A stretch of 64,000 bases of DNA from contig NC_134033.1 of the NCBI RefSeq assembly GCF_964204645.1, positions 11,106,655-11,170,654 of the forward strand, given 5' to 3'. The position numbers and the translations under genes are program-made. Positions 37,311-51,200 of this stretch are shown here, piece after piece; the stretch's first letter is position 1, and each line of letters opens with the position of its first letter. The DNA is from Tubulanus polymorphus (lineage: Eukaryota > Animalia > Nemertea). The notes beneath the pieces are model-generated. The model saw nothing but the letters and a program-made list of their open reading frames with translations, was not told the origin of the DNA and did no database searches.

Positions 37311-39984
37311 GTAAGTAGTACAAGTATGTTGTCATTAGGGCATGTAGGTTATCATTATCACTCGTGCATCGGGTTTGTGTAATTCTTTATCTCAAAGCTT
37401 TTATCCTACTCGATGCAAGTGATGATTGTGTCACAATCGGACTGCTCATATAGAGCGAATTGATTTTTGAGGGGGCAAGGGATATTACATATGCTTGCCC
37501 CAAGGTCAAGTGGCATCTATTCCTTAGATCAAACCCTGCAAACTATTATAAAGGTTTTTCTTCGTGATGATTTAAGATAAATCGAGTAAATTCATATAAA
37601 CATGGTTTGACTGAAGAAGCTACGGTAACTTCGTAATTGTATTATTCAACTTGATAGCAGATATAAATACAACTCTATATAAAGATCAGAAATTCTTCTT
37701 GTCCAGATATTACAGGCCCCACACAGACGCGGTTAAACAGATAATCAAAACAAAGCTAGGACAATTGACCAATTAGCACTGTATCCTCAAGTTAGCCTGC
37801 TCCTGCTATTTTTGACAAGGCCTTAATTAAATCAGTATTTTATGAACCACTGAAAAGCACCACAGTGGAATTGTTGCTATGAAAATTAACAACTAAAAAG
37901 TTTCAACATGAATGATGAAAATGTACATTGTTTCATTCACACAACAATAATATCTTAATCATCATGCAAGTTCCTAATTTCCAAACATGCGAACTGCGTT
38001 ACAATAACAGTCTCCAACAAAGAGCATTAAAACTAGAGATGGAACATACAGATTCGCTCTGGAAATCTAAGTATCAACTAACCATTACTTTCACTAGAAA
38101 ACTAGAATTTTACCTTGTCTTAAAGATGTCCAAACACCTTGACATTAAATACTAAGTATTCCGATGTTTTTTTCTGGCAGCTTCGAAAACATCAACATAA
38201 TCATACAATCAGTAACTAATCGATAACATCAATAACTTAAGTTTATAGCTGTTTTAAATTCTTTCTAATAAGTAAAATGTATGTACCAGATTTTAGATAG
38301 TAAGTCTACCCCAGTATAACAATAAACAGTCACAGCAGTGATTGAGCGCAGCTAGTTGAAAGGACGGTCGATCTTTCATCAAAGTTTCAAAGCATTCTAT
38401 CATATCAGTTATTTTTTTTAAGTGTGTTCGATTTAGTTAAGGTTTATGGTTATTTGTTTTGTTCATTACAATAACTGAGTCCGATAGAATGCTTAAAACA
38501 ACAACAGAAAAGATCTCGGGTTTTCGCTATACTTAGGGAAGGTTGTTCGATAAATGAAGAACCTTGTTGATAAATATTTGAAAAAATGCCTTTTCATGTA
38601 AATAGAATATTAATTTGTTTGTTTCTATTGTTGTTTATTATTTTCATCTATTTCTTAATATTATCTATTTATGTATGTACTTGTATTTTGTATTATTTAC
38701 TACTTATTATTTATTGTTTTTTTAAATTTATTCTTTCATTAATTTATGTACTTGTAGTTTGTATTATATATTATTTATACCACTCTATTTACACTGCAGG
38801 CATTTTTTCACTGTAAAGTTTCTGGGCCCATTTTAAAAAAGTGCTACCGATTCACTGCGACTCCTTAATAATCATTATACACCCGATTTGAAGCTAAGTG
38901 ATTATTCACGAGAGCCATCTCGCGATATGGATTTACCCATTACAATAAAAGAAGTTCAAACAGCTATAAACAATGTTAAAACGTTTAAAATTTGTCCTAG
39001 CTATAACTTTATGCCTCGTTATTCCTAGCATAACCTCTCAAATGTAAATAATGGTCGCCTTTCAGATAAAGCTTTTGTTTTCAAATACGTAGCTATGATC
39101 ATCAAACAGATTGATGGAGGCTTAAAGGTCGATGTGAAAATCGACATCTACGATCCAATTGTGAATCAGTTACATGGGCCTTCGAAAAATATGAATGCCA
39201 TCAAATTAGTACATTTACAATTCAGCAAATACTTAATATTTGTACATCAACAGTGGCCTAACATTATGTTCTATCTTTCCTAATTATGTGTTATCTACAC
39301 GAACAAATAGCCATAGTTGACTATGTTTAACTATGGTAAAGTCTGAAGATTAAACTCACAATATCACGTTGAAGCTAAATCTCAGTTAAGGAGTAAACTC
39401 AACAGACCTACGAGTCCAAACTAGGCACTCAACGCGACCATTTACCCCTAGTGACTAACCTAACTTATCTATCAACCAAGGATCGAAGACCAATATCGTG
39501 AATTAATGGAGCTTAGCTTTTATTAGACTCTCACATTGCATAAAATATCATAAAATAATATCCTCGAAAACACTATAATCAGACTGGTTTGAAAAGGGTG
39601 ATAAGTAAAAAAATCAATACTTTACTACAGCAGTGCGTTATTGTCTTTGCCGCACCTGGATCTCAGTGTTTAAAACATGCACTATTATTTATGCCGCTCC
39701 TAATGATATACACTATTGTCTTTGCTGCTTTTAAAACAGTGTTTATCCTGAATCAGTGTTTATGAGATAATCCATTAGCATTGTCACTCAAATCAGTGTT
39801 TATAAGATTCACTATTGTCTCTGCTGCTCCTGATAAAACTTTTTATAGAAATCAACCACCAATTGTAGAAGAATCTATCGTTGAGTGGTTAATCCATCGC
39901 TGGCTCCTCAACTTATCACCTGGGCTTCTGCAGTTTTCATCAGCAAATGGGTCAATCAGTATTCATCTACTAGTAGATTTTCTG

Positions 39985-42900
39985 ATGAGTAGTTGATCTC
40001 AAGCTGAGCCTTTTCTCATAGTTGAAATTTAGCTGCAATGATTAAAAGAAGATATCCTGTAATGACAAAATATTTCAATAAGAATTAATCGTAATAATTT
40101 CATGTATATCAAGTTACCTTTTAAAATTGCTTGGTTCGTAATCGGTGTGGATCATCTAAGTTGGTTGGTTAATGAGTTCGATTCTAATTGGCCTCATCTG
40201 TGCGCTGTTCCAGGTGGTTGATTTTGGATGGGTAGTTTATTTCAAGCTGGGTTTTTTCTCATAGTTGAAATTTAGCTGCAATGATTAAAAGAAGATATCC
40301 TGTAATGACAAAATATTTCAATAAGAATTAATCGTAATAATTTCACGTATATCAAGTTACCTTTTATGATTGCTTGGTTCGTAATCGGCGTGGATCATCT
40401 AAAGTTGGTTGGTTAATGAGTTGGATTCTAATTGGCCTCATCTGTGCACTGTTCCAGTTGGTCGGTTTTGGACGAGTAGTTGATCTCAAGCTGGGTTTTT
40501 TCTCATAGTTGAAATTTAGCTGCAAAGATTAAAAGTTAGTAACTAACTAGATGCACTATAGTGCTATTCCCGTTATTCAACACACTAGGGTGGAATTTTT
40601 CAGAATTTTCAAATCATCTTCAGCACTATAGGGTATTAATTAGCCAGCACTGAAAGGGTTAATGACAAAATATTTCAATAAGAATTAATCGTAATAATTC
40701 CATGTATATCAAGTTACCTTTTATGATTGCTGGTTTCATTATTGGCGATTATCTTATTAGTTGATTGGTTAATGAGCGCGATCCTAGTTGGCTGTGCGCC
40801 GTTCAAGTTGGTCAATTTTTGACGAGTAGTTGTTCTCAAACTGGGTTTTTTCGCATAGTTGAAATTTAGCTGCAATGATCAAAAGATGATATCCTGTAAT
40901 GACAAAATATTTCAATAAGAATTAATCATGATAATTTCATGTATATCAAGTTACCTTTTATGATTGCTTCGTTCGTTATCGGTGGGGATCATCTTAAGTT
41001 TGTGCGTTAATGAGTTCGATTCGGTTGGCCCCCACCTGTGTGCTGTTCAAGTTGGTCGATTTTGGGCGAGTAATCGTTCTCAAGCTGGGTTTTTTCTCAT
41101 AGTTGAAATTTAGCTGCAATGATCAAAAGAACATATCCTTTAATGACAAAATATTTCAATAAGAAATAATCGTAATAATTCCATGTATATCAAGTTACCT
41201 TCTATGATTGCTGGTTTCATTATCAGCGATTATCTTATTAGTTGATTGGTTAATGAGCTCGATCCTAGTTGGCTGCGCGCCACTCAAGTTGGTCGATTTT
41301 GGACGAGTAGTTGATCTCAAGTTGATTTCGCATAGTTGAAATTTAGCTGCAATGATCAAAAGAAGATATCCTTTAATGACAAAATTTTTCAATAAGAATT
41401 AATCATAATAATTTCATGTATATAAAGTTACCTTTTTTGATTGCTTGGTTCGTTATCGGTGTGGATCATCTAAGTTTGTGCATTAATGAGTTTGATTCTG
41501 TTGGCCCCATCTGTGCGCTGTTCAAGTTGGTCGATTTTTGACGAGTAGTTGATCTCAAACTGGGTTTTTTGCATAGTTGAAATCTAGCTGCAATGATCAA
41601 ATGAAGATATCCATTAATGACAAAATATTTCAATAAGAATTAATCGTAATAATTTCATGTATATCAAGTTACCTTTTTTGATTGCTTGGTTCGTTATCGG
41701 TGTGGATCATCTAAAGTTTGTGCGTTAATGAGTTCGATTCTGTTGGCCCCATCTGTGCGCTGTTCAAGTTGGTCGATTTTGGGCGAGTAGTTGTTCTCAA
41801 GCTGGGTTTTTTCTCATAGTTGAAATTTAGCTGCAATGATCAAAAGAACATATCCTTTAATGACAAAATATTTCAATAAGAAATAATCGTAATAATTCCA
41901 TGTATATCAAGTTACCTTTTATGATTGCTGGTTTCATTATCAGCGATTATCTTATTAGTTGATTGGTTAATGAGCTCGATCCTAGTTGGCTGCGCGCCAC
42001 TCAAGTTGGTCGATTTTGGACGAGTAGTTGATCTCAAGTTGATTTCGCATAGTTGAAATTTAGCTGCAATGATCAAAAGAAGATATCCTTTAATGACAAA
42101 ATTTTTCAATAAGAATTAATCATAATAATTTCATGTATATAAAGTTACCTTTTTTGATTGCTTGGTTCGTTATCGGTGTGGATCATCTAAGTTTGTGCAT
42201 TAATGAGTTTGATTCTGTTGGCCCCATCTGTGCGCTGTTCAAGTTGGTCGATTTTTGACGAGTAGTTGATCTCAAACTGGGTTTTTTGCATAGTTGAAAT
42301 CTAGCTGCAATGATCAAATGAAGATATCCATTAATGACAAAATTTTTCAATAAGAATTAATCGTAATAATTTCATGTATATCAAGTTACCTTTTTTGATT
42401 GCTTGGTTCGTTATCGGTGTGGATCATCTAAAGTTTGTGCGTTAATGAGTTCGATTCTGTTGGCCCCATCTGTGCGCTGTTCAAGTTGGTCGATTTTGGG
42501 CGAGTAGTTGTTCTCAAGCTGGGTTTTTTCTCATAGTTGAAATTTAGCTGCAATGATCAAAAGAAGATATCCATTAATGACAAAATATTTCAATAAGAAT
42601 TAATCGTAATAATTCCATGTATATCAAGTTACCTTTTATGATTGCCGGTTTCATTATGGTGATTATCTTATTAGTTGATTGGTTAATGAGTTCGATCCTA
42701 GTTGGCTGTGCGCCGTTCAAGTTGGTCGATTTTTGACGAGTAGTTGATCTCAAACTGGGTTTTTTGCATAGTTGAAATCTAGCTGCAATGATCAAATGAA
42801 GATATCCATTAATGACAAAATTTTTCAATAAGAATTAATCATAATAATTTCATGTATATAAAGTTACCTTTTTTGATTGCTTGGTTCGTTATCGGTGTGG

Positions 42901-43885
42901 ATCATCTAAAGTTTGTGCGTTAATGAGTTCGATTCTGTTGGCCCCATCTGTGCGCTGTTCAAGTTGGTCGATTTTGGGCGAGTAGTTGTTCTCAAGCTGG
43001 GTTTTTTCTCATAGTTGAAATTTAGCTGCAATGATCAAAAGAAGATATCCATTAATGACAAAATATTTCAATAAGAATTAATCGTAATAATTTCATGTAT
43101 ATCAAGTTACCTTTTTTGATTGCTTGGTTCGTTATCGGTGTGGATCATCTAAAGTTTGTGCGTTAATGAGTTCGATTCTGTTGGCCCCATCTGTGCGCTG
43201 TTCAAGTTGGTCGATTTTGGGCGAGTAGTTGTTCTCAAGCTGGGTTTTTTCTCATAGTTGAAATTTAGCTGCAATGATCAAAAGGAGATATCCTTTAATG
43301 ACAAAATATTTCAATAAGAATTAATCGTAATAATTCCATGTATATCAAGTTACCTTTTATGATTGCCGGTTTCATTATTGGCGATTATCTTATTAGTTGA
43401 TTGGTTAATGAGCTCGATCCTAGTTGGCTGTGCGCCGTTCAAGTTGGTCGATTTTTGGCGAGTAGTTGTTCTCAAACTGGGTTTTTCATATAGTTGAAAT
43501 CTAGCTGCAATGATTAAAAAAAGATATTCTGTAATGACAAAATATTTCAATAAGAATTAATCGTAATAATTTCATGTATATCAAGTTACCTTTTATGATT
43601 GCTTGGTTCGTTATCGGCAATTATCTTATTAGTTGGTTGGTAAATGAGTTCGATTCTGTTGGCCTCATCTGTTCGCTGTTCCAGTTGGTCAATTTTGGAC
43701 GAGTAGTTGATCTCAAGCTGGGTTTTTCATATAGTTGAAATCTAGCTGCAATGATTAAAAGAAGTTATCCTGTAATCACAAATTTTTTCAATTAGAATTT
43801 ATCGCAATAATTCCATCTATATTAAGTTACCTTTTATGATTGCCAGGTTCATTATCGGCGAGGGTCTCCTAAGTTGGTTGTCTAA
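39985..43885. repeat. ~240-bp satellite array (~16 monomers) with a ~717-bp A-B-B higher-order repeat
   Basis: The anchor catagttgaaat[t/c]tagctgcaatgat recurs every 233-244 bp. Near-identical short ORFs lie 717 bp apart (41195, 41912). One ~110-125 bp insertion at ~40535-40661. Confidence 0.95.
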
Positions 43886-46800
43886 TTTTACATATTTTTT
43901 GTCGTTTTTTCCGTGTAAATAGTCCGAAAGTTTACAAGGTTGAATAATTTTGTCTAGTTTTTACAATTCTTTGCTCTTTTTTTTCATGTAAATAGTCCGA
44001 AAGTTTACAAGGTTGAATAATTTTGTCTAGTTTTAAATTCAAAATCGGAAATCGAAGTACAGATATAGTTGTGTGATCGGGGGGGTCGATTTTACATAAA
44101 TTTTGTTTTCTTTAAAACCAAGCACATTTAATAATTGGAAAATCCGGTTCCGGTTCATTCAATTAATCTTCCAACCAGTCTGAACCGGCAAGCGACTGAT
44201 TGGGGTCAATTAAGTTGACTGCCTATTTTAATACATCGAGATTTGGAATATCTATATTACAAGGTTGAAGATCACTTTGTACATTTTATGACTATCTGAT
44301 TAATAGTATAGCTGAAAAAAAGAGCAAAATCTTGTAAGCAGAAAATCCTATGTTCATTCTAGATATCTGATATTGATTATTATAGCTTAACAACAATTCG
44401 ACTCTGGTATTCCTCAATATTGAGTTATATTGAGGAATACCAGAGTTACAGCAAATTTAATAATGCATAATCAATCTGTTCAAATTGTTTTTGTACTGTA
44501 GTTTCTCTTCTTCTATCTTCAGAAATTCTTGATGTTTTTCCTTCTTGGGTGCTAAACACCCAGTGGCCAGTAGGCTTTCATTAAAACCCAGGCCCATCAT
44601 ATAGTGCAAACCTGCTAGTAATATTGCCCCCTATATACATTTCGATTGTCAGCTTAACCATGTTCATATTATCAAATTAACTTCATCGTCAATTAATAAA
44701 CTTTAAGAGATATGTTTTCTACCCACAGATGGTAACATCTGTGCCCAGTGAATGGTATTCTCATCCATTTCAGTAATTCTAAATATTGCACGTAAAATAT
44801 ATACAATGATCTAGTAATTATGATAATATCACTAACAAGAGTGAGTGCGCTGGCAGCATCGAGCACACTGATCCTATAAGTAACATGGTTCTACAGATTT
44901 AAGAAACCTTGAATCACCCCACACCTTGACAAATCCAGAATTCTGCAAAGCCTTAATGATTCAATAAATCCCACGCACAAGAGACAGAGTTAAAACACAC
45001 CCCGTATAGGGTATAGGCCTAAACCAATAGTTAATTATACAGTTGTCTTATCAACCCATATGGTTTGGATTTGAGCATTTTTACCTTATATAAAGATACT
45101 GAGTTAATCTTTATTGAAGATACCTGATAAATCAATTAATGTCCTAGCTATAATCAAATAAATAATCAAGCTAATTTTGCATCAGAGCTTTTGATACCTA
45201 GCTTAACAAACCCAGAATTCCCCAAAACCTAACTGATTCAACAGATCCCTCAAACATTTGGACCAGTTAGATGCAGACAACATTGCACGATACAGTTGTC
45301 CCATCCACTGCGCTATTTTTTAAATAATTTTCACTTATATTCATTATATTGAATTAATTTTAACTAATTTTCTAGATATCTAAGCGATCCGTTAATTAGT
45401 CATCATACTAGCTACATCTTAATTGTCAGTCAACAATATTTATATTCATATGGAGCCTGAAAATCTACACGAGTAGAATTTCAGATGTGGTGAATTCATC
45501 ACTATTTGAATTCATCAAAACTTCAGATAAAAGCACATTTTTAGTGGTAAATTAGAAATTCCCTAGCCAAATTGCTATGTAATCTTTATTTCTTTTATAT
45601 CTTTTACAGTACACTGTGTATAAGGATCGAAAGACCTTGTTATGACCGGACCTCCCTGGTGCGGTGCAAGAAATGATGCTGGAATATAGTTTGAAGGAGA
45701 GGGGTTAGTAAAAGAGAGCTATTAGCAAGAGGAATAAGACCTAATTTTAGGATATCCTGTCAGATTAAGGCTCTCAATCTGACATACACAGTGAAATTGA
45801 AATATTCTCCCTTCCAAATTCAATGATGTATTTGTGCATGTACAGATTTGTTTTATCTCCTTTCAATCGGAAGTAAATCTGCGTTAAATGAATTTGGCAA
45901 TATGTATCAAAACTAATACAGCTGTATGACGACACAATAGGTTCACTTAAGATACAGATAAATAACTAATTTGCTCAGATACACATGTATCAGCTACATT
46001 TTAAATGTCAATGGACTTGAATAAAAAATAATTTCACATAACAATTGAATTAACCTCAATTGTAGATATCTAAGTAATACATTAATGAGTAATTCATCTT
46101 AGCTATATTCTAATTGTCAGTTAATAAACAATATCTATTATGCGTCACTTGACACACAGTATGGCTTTTAGATATCATTTGAATCAGTAAGGTTTTGGTA
46201 AATTTTGGCAATATTGAAGAGCATGACCAGTCGCCATAAGTACGGCAGTTGGAGATGTAAATACTGATCAGTTGATGAGACTGATACACTTATTGTACAG
46301 ATATGCTCAAATATACATATATCAGCTCTATCTAAATTGTCAGTTTAATGATAATTATAATGGACCTGTATCACATATAAATTATTTCATACATAGCATA
46401 TAAATAGTTTATGATCTTACATGAAATATTAAATTCATCTTAATTGTGGATATCTAAGCCATTGGTTAATGAGCAATTTGTCCTAGCTATATAAATGATG
46501 ATTGTCAGTTAAACAACAATCATAGCCCAAAACAAGGCACAGAGTATGGCTGTGGGGAATGATTTGAATCAATTGAAGCTTTTTTTATTCTAGATTTATC
46601 AAAGTGCTAAGACCTAATCACAGTTTCTAAAAGACCCCCAGTCCATAGTTTTCCCCATATATATTACACCAGATCTCGATAGAGCCCTAGACACTATTTT
46701 ATACATCTTTCCCCCAAGAATTCATTAATGCAATGGGTAAAGCAGCATATAATATATACTGTAAAGTGCCTGAATGTTTATAAATGACATATGTATCAAT

Positions 46801-47974
46801 ATATTATTTGTAAAAAAATCTATTTACCGACGATAAAGTTTATTTGATATAAATCTTGACAAGTAAAGCCAGCCTAAATGTATGTGGGGCCCTAACATAT
46901 CTACACCAGAAGAATTTCTCATCAAACATTACAAGATATTGAATGATTGCTAATATCTAGGCGATTGGTTAATTAGTAAATTGTCCTATCTATATCTTGA
47001 TTGTCAGATAACCAATAGTCATATGAGGCCTGAAATATCTACGGTACATTCGGAAAATTTAAGATTCAACATAAGATATTGAATTTACCTTAATTGTACA
47101 TACTTAAAAAAATTTTTAACGAATAACTGACCAATCTACATTTTAATCATCAGACCAAAGAATATTCAAGGGACCTCACTCAATCATTTCATCTAATATT
47201 GTAAATATTCAAGCAATCATTGTCTAGCTATATTTCAATTTACTTTTAACAATATACCGGCCATAGAGCTTCAATAAAGTAGTGCGGAGATGGTGAGCTT
47301 GACCAGCGTCTCTATCCTCACCAGTGCCTATGCATTCTACCCCAGATATGAAAAATCAACTTAGCTTTATGTATGTATGCATTCCTGTTGCCATGCAGGA
47401 TGAGGTCAAGACTGCCAGGTTTGGTTGCAGCAGAACTTTTGGTGTTTGGTTGATTCAACATGGAGTCTTTTGTGGACATTTCTGGTGGGCAGATTTTAAA
47501 TGGGCCTTTTCGGATTAAGCTGAAATGAGTAAAAGAACGATATTCTGTAGTTACACAATCCTTTGCGTATCACGCATCGTAATTTACATGTGTATCAACT
47601 TAACTTTCAATATTGCCGAGTTCAGTGTTCTTTTTTCGCCATCTTCTGTAGCCACCTTCAGCATCTTCTTCTTCATCTTGGGAGTCCTGAAATGAAAAAA
47701 AAAGAGAAGAGTGATGAAAACCTGGTACGGAACAAAACTAATGTCCGAAAGCTTTTCAGCTCTCCGTCGCCGGTCACATGCCGAGAACACCAGACAAAGA
47801 GCCAGCCAGGAATATACTGCCCTCTACACGCCCTCACACAGAACGCGAAAACCAGGATGACGATGCCTTACTTTCACCATTTACCGACAGGGTGTGCCGG
47901 GTGACGTCAGTAACTGACAAACCTATCAAATTGCCCAAGCCAAAAATAGGGCAGCGCAACTGGATTGCCTGCAC

Positions 47975-48290
47975 TAGCACTCAAAGGAAGACAAGACTTA
48001 ATCCATGCCCGAAGCAACCCACAGGGAATCAATGAATACTAACACTCAAAGGAAGACAGGGAAATTAATCCCTGCCCGAAGCAATCCCTTAAAAGGAATC
48101 AATGAATGCTACCACGCAAGCAATCCCGCAGTGAATCAATGAATCCTAGCACGCAAAGGAAGACAGGGAAATTAATCCCTGCCCGAAGCAATCCCTTAAA
48201 AGGAATCAATGAATGCTAGAACGCAAAGGAAGACAAGACTAAATCTTTGCCCGAAGCAATTCCTGAAAAGGAATCAATGGATACTAGTAG
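47975..48290. repeat. ~66-70 bp tandem repeat (~4.5 units) between diverged inverted repeats
   Basis: Recurring caaaggaagaca...tgcccgaagcaatccc...gaatcaatgaat. Confidence 0.85.
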
Positions 48291-51200
48291 ACAGTCCTGC
48301 TTTACCACTCCACTTTTAACCCGTGCAATCCGACTGACTTGCCCGTCATTGACGTCACCAAGCACACTCTGTTGATACGTGGGGAGAGTGAGGCCTTGTC
48401 ATCCTGGTTTTCATGTTCCGTATGAGGGCGTGTAGAGGGCAGCCATTTCCTGACCGACTCTTTGTCTGACATCCTCGACACGTGACCGTTGAAGGAGAGC
48501 CAACGCTTTCGGACATTAGCTTTGTTCCAGCAAACGTTGAAATTCGACAGAGAAATCGGCCCTGAAAAATAAAACGGATTAGACCCTGAAAAATAGAACG
48601 GATTAATAAACACGGAACAGTACAGGACAGCACGGAGATGAACAGTAACGCATAAAACATAAAGACGTCGTTCCTCAGGAAGCAGGAACAGGAGCGGGAG
48701 CGCAGCGAAGATCGCCAGGAGAATCCATGGTAGCATGTTCACAGTGTGAGTGTGCAGAGGTGAATGGCCTATGCTTGTGTGCACCGTAGTCAGCTGGTGA
48801 CGTTTTCAATAGAGCGTATGAATGATTTCAACAACTCTGAATAGCCGCAATAGTGTCTCTCTATTGTTGAATGGATTTACATTGAGAGCTTATAGAAGGT
48901 TCTACTGCCGAGTTGAATACGCGCCATTAGCCAGCTGAACAATATCATGGAACTTTAATAAGGCCATATAATATAGATCACTAGATTCCCAGCAAATGCC
49001 AAGTCTATTATGGAGTTACATGAATAAAAATGAGCCAAATTTTCAATTTTCAAACTTAAAGAATCCTTGTATCCACTAAAAAGTGCAGATAATTTCATAC
49101 CATACATAACATTTCGCCATGTACTTTTTTCATCAGACTATAATTTGTATATTATATACTTTTGTCCTGTTCAATGCGCATTGTATTTTTGGAGAAAGGA
49201 GAGAAGTGGAATTAGGTCCAATGTTTTGACTTATTTTCACCATTGACTGAGCAAGATTGAAAATACCCGAGTAAAAATAACTCTGGACGTGGGTGTTTGT
49301 TATAACAACTAGGCTTTCGTATAACATTTTCCTATTCGACTACGGACTCTCAATCTGTTTAACTAGCATCGGTATGACGTCAAACAATGCTAAAAATCTA
49401 ATTTCATCCACAGCATAACTAATAATTTCATAATAATAGAATCTTTTAATATTGTTTCTGCTGATTTTCATATCTCGACGAAGCCAGAACTGTCCACGCG
49501 GACTGTTTTAAATACAATAATAAAACTCTGACATTTTGTTTTCTGATTTAGAAGCGTTTAAGTTTTATTTCAATTAATTACAATTTGGAAAGATGGGTTT
49601 CCAGCCGGGTTGATTGAGATTAACTTACAATATATACAGACTGTACAAATAATACAAAATTACACTCAGTTTATTAAATAAATAATAAAGAAATGTCATC
49701 TTGAAATTTCTCATTGAGACGCCGTCTATTCGAAAAAAAAATTAACGTACCATTATAGAGGGAAAAAATCTAATTTAACAAGGACAGGATCGAGTTTATT
49801 TTGGGAATAATTATACACATTAAATGAAAAATTCCGCTCTTAAAATAAATTCAGGGTCCGCTCCCGGGGGATCTGAAATTTCTCACACTCCCTCAACAAT
49901 CAACTTGCAGGCAGTCCAACTGGCGGCGCAATCATGTTTTATCGATTGGGGAAAAAACCTTTGAGATATACCATAGAATTTCACTAGCCCGGTGGACAAG
50001 TGATAATGATAACCTACTCGACCTAATGAGATTATACTTGTCCCGGGGAAATGGACAAGTGTTTAGATCCATCACAACCCAAAATATGCATTCATTACAA
50101 AAATAATAATGGCACACAGCACTCTCCAACCATGATAAAGGCTTCAGTTAACCAAACCTCTATGAGTCTTAGTGAATAACTGAAACTAGATGATCTACAA
50201 TGTTCACAAAATCAAATCACAATCACAAAAAATAATTCACAATCACCGAGAATCGACATCATGATTTCAACAAGATAAATCAGCATTTTAACAATCGTCA
50301 TTAATTTCTATGTGCGAAAAATGTTCAGCTATTGAAAGAATTAAGTAGATATTGAAAAACAGATTTTCACGATACAAGAAAAAACACAAATCCATTCGTT
50401 ACACACAGTAAACCGCTCGTTAATTCGACGCCAATACAACGTGACTACAATCCATACACTTCTAAATTCCTCGCGTTTTCCCGATAAAAACAGAACTTTC
50501 CCCGTGTTCTGATGACTGGCAGTAGGAAAGACCAGAGAGTTATTATCTAGACAGATTCGAATAGTAAGCTAGTGCAGTAGATATTCCGACATTTCGGCTA
50601 TTACATTTTTGGAAAATCTCCCCGTCTGAATTACAAATGGTTTACTGTATTAAACTGTACTGATCAAGACCCTTGAGATAAATAGTTAACCTTCAACAGC
50701 ATTTCTAACATTGTGTATTATTTACAAAGGAAAAATCTTCCAAATGTTTGCATCCCTTCAGCAAGGCCAGGTTCAGATGGCGTGGTTTTCATTTAGCTCA
50801 TTATTTCAACTACAGTAAAAACGAACTAATGCCTAACAAGCACATGAGAGGAAATTTGGTTTGATCAGAAGAGTTGTCCAAATTGCGTCCACTTGAAATT
50901 GCTAAAATTTAACCCCTTCCTCTCCTTGTTCACATTAAACCCTTCCCCCAGCACACCGTCTGAAACTGATTTTATTTAAAAAGTTTTCAATTCAACTTGA
51001 GAAGAAAAGCTACTTTCGTTCATCGATGAGTAGAAATAGTCCGATGTTTTGACAACAGGGCAAACATGGCAGCAGTAGCAAACATTCAGTATATTTACAG
51101 GTTACAGGAGATAACGAGATCAGGAAGTTTGTACTCGACGATGACAACCAGAGATGAGAGAGGTAAATGGAGAGATGTTGAGAAGATTTTTTAAAACTGG

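Noticed and set aside
37118-37318. Poly-Leu ORF (and the poly-Ile ORF at 7432-7620)
   Set aside because: Microsatellite translation.
39985-43885. CRISPR-like array, or repeated 65-84 aa ORFs (MKNFVIKGY...)
   Set aside because: Whole monomers repeat with no unique spacers, there are no cas genes and the context is eukaryotic. The ORFs have non-ATG starts and are broken in most monomers.
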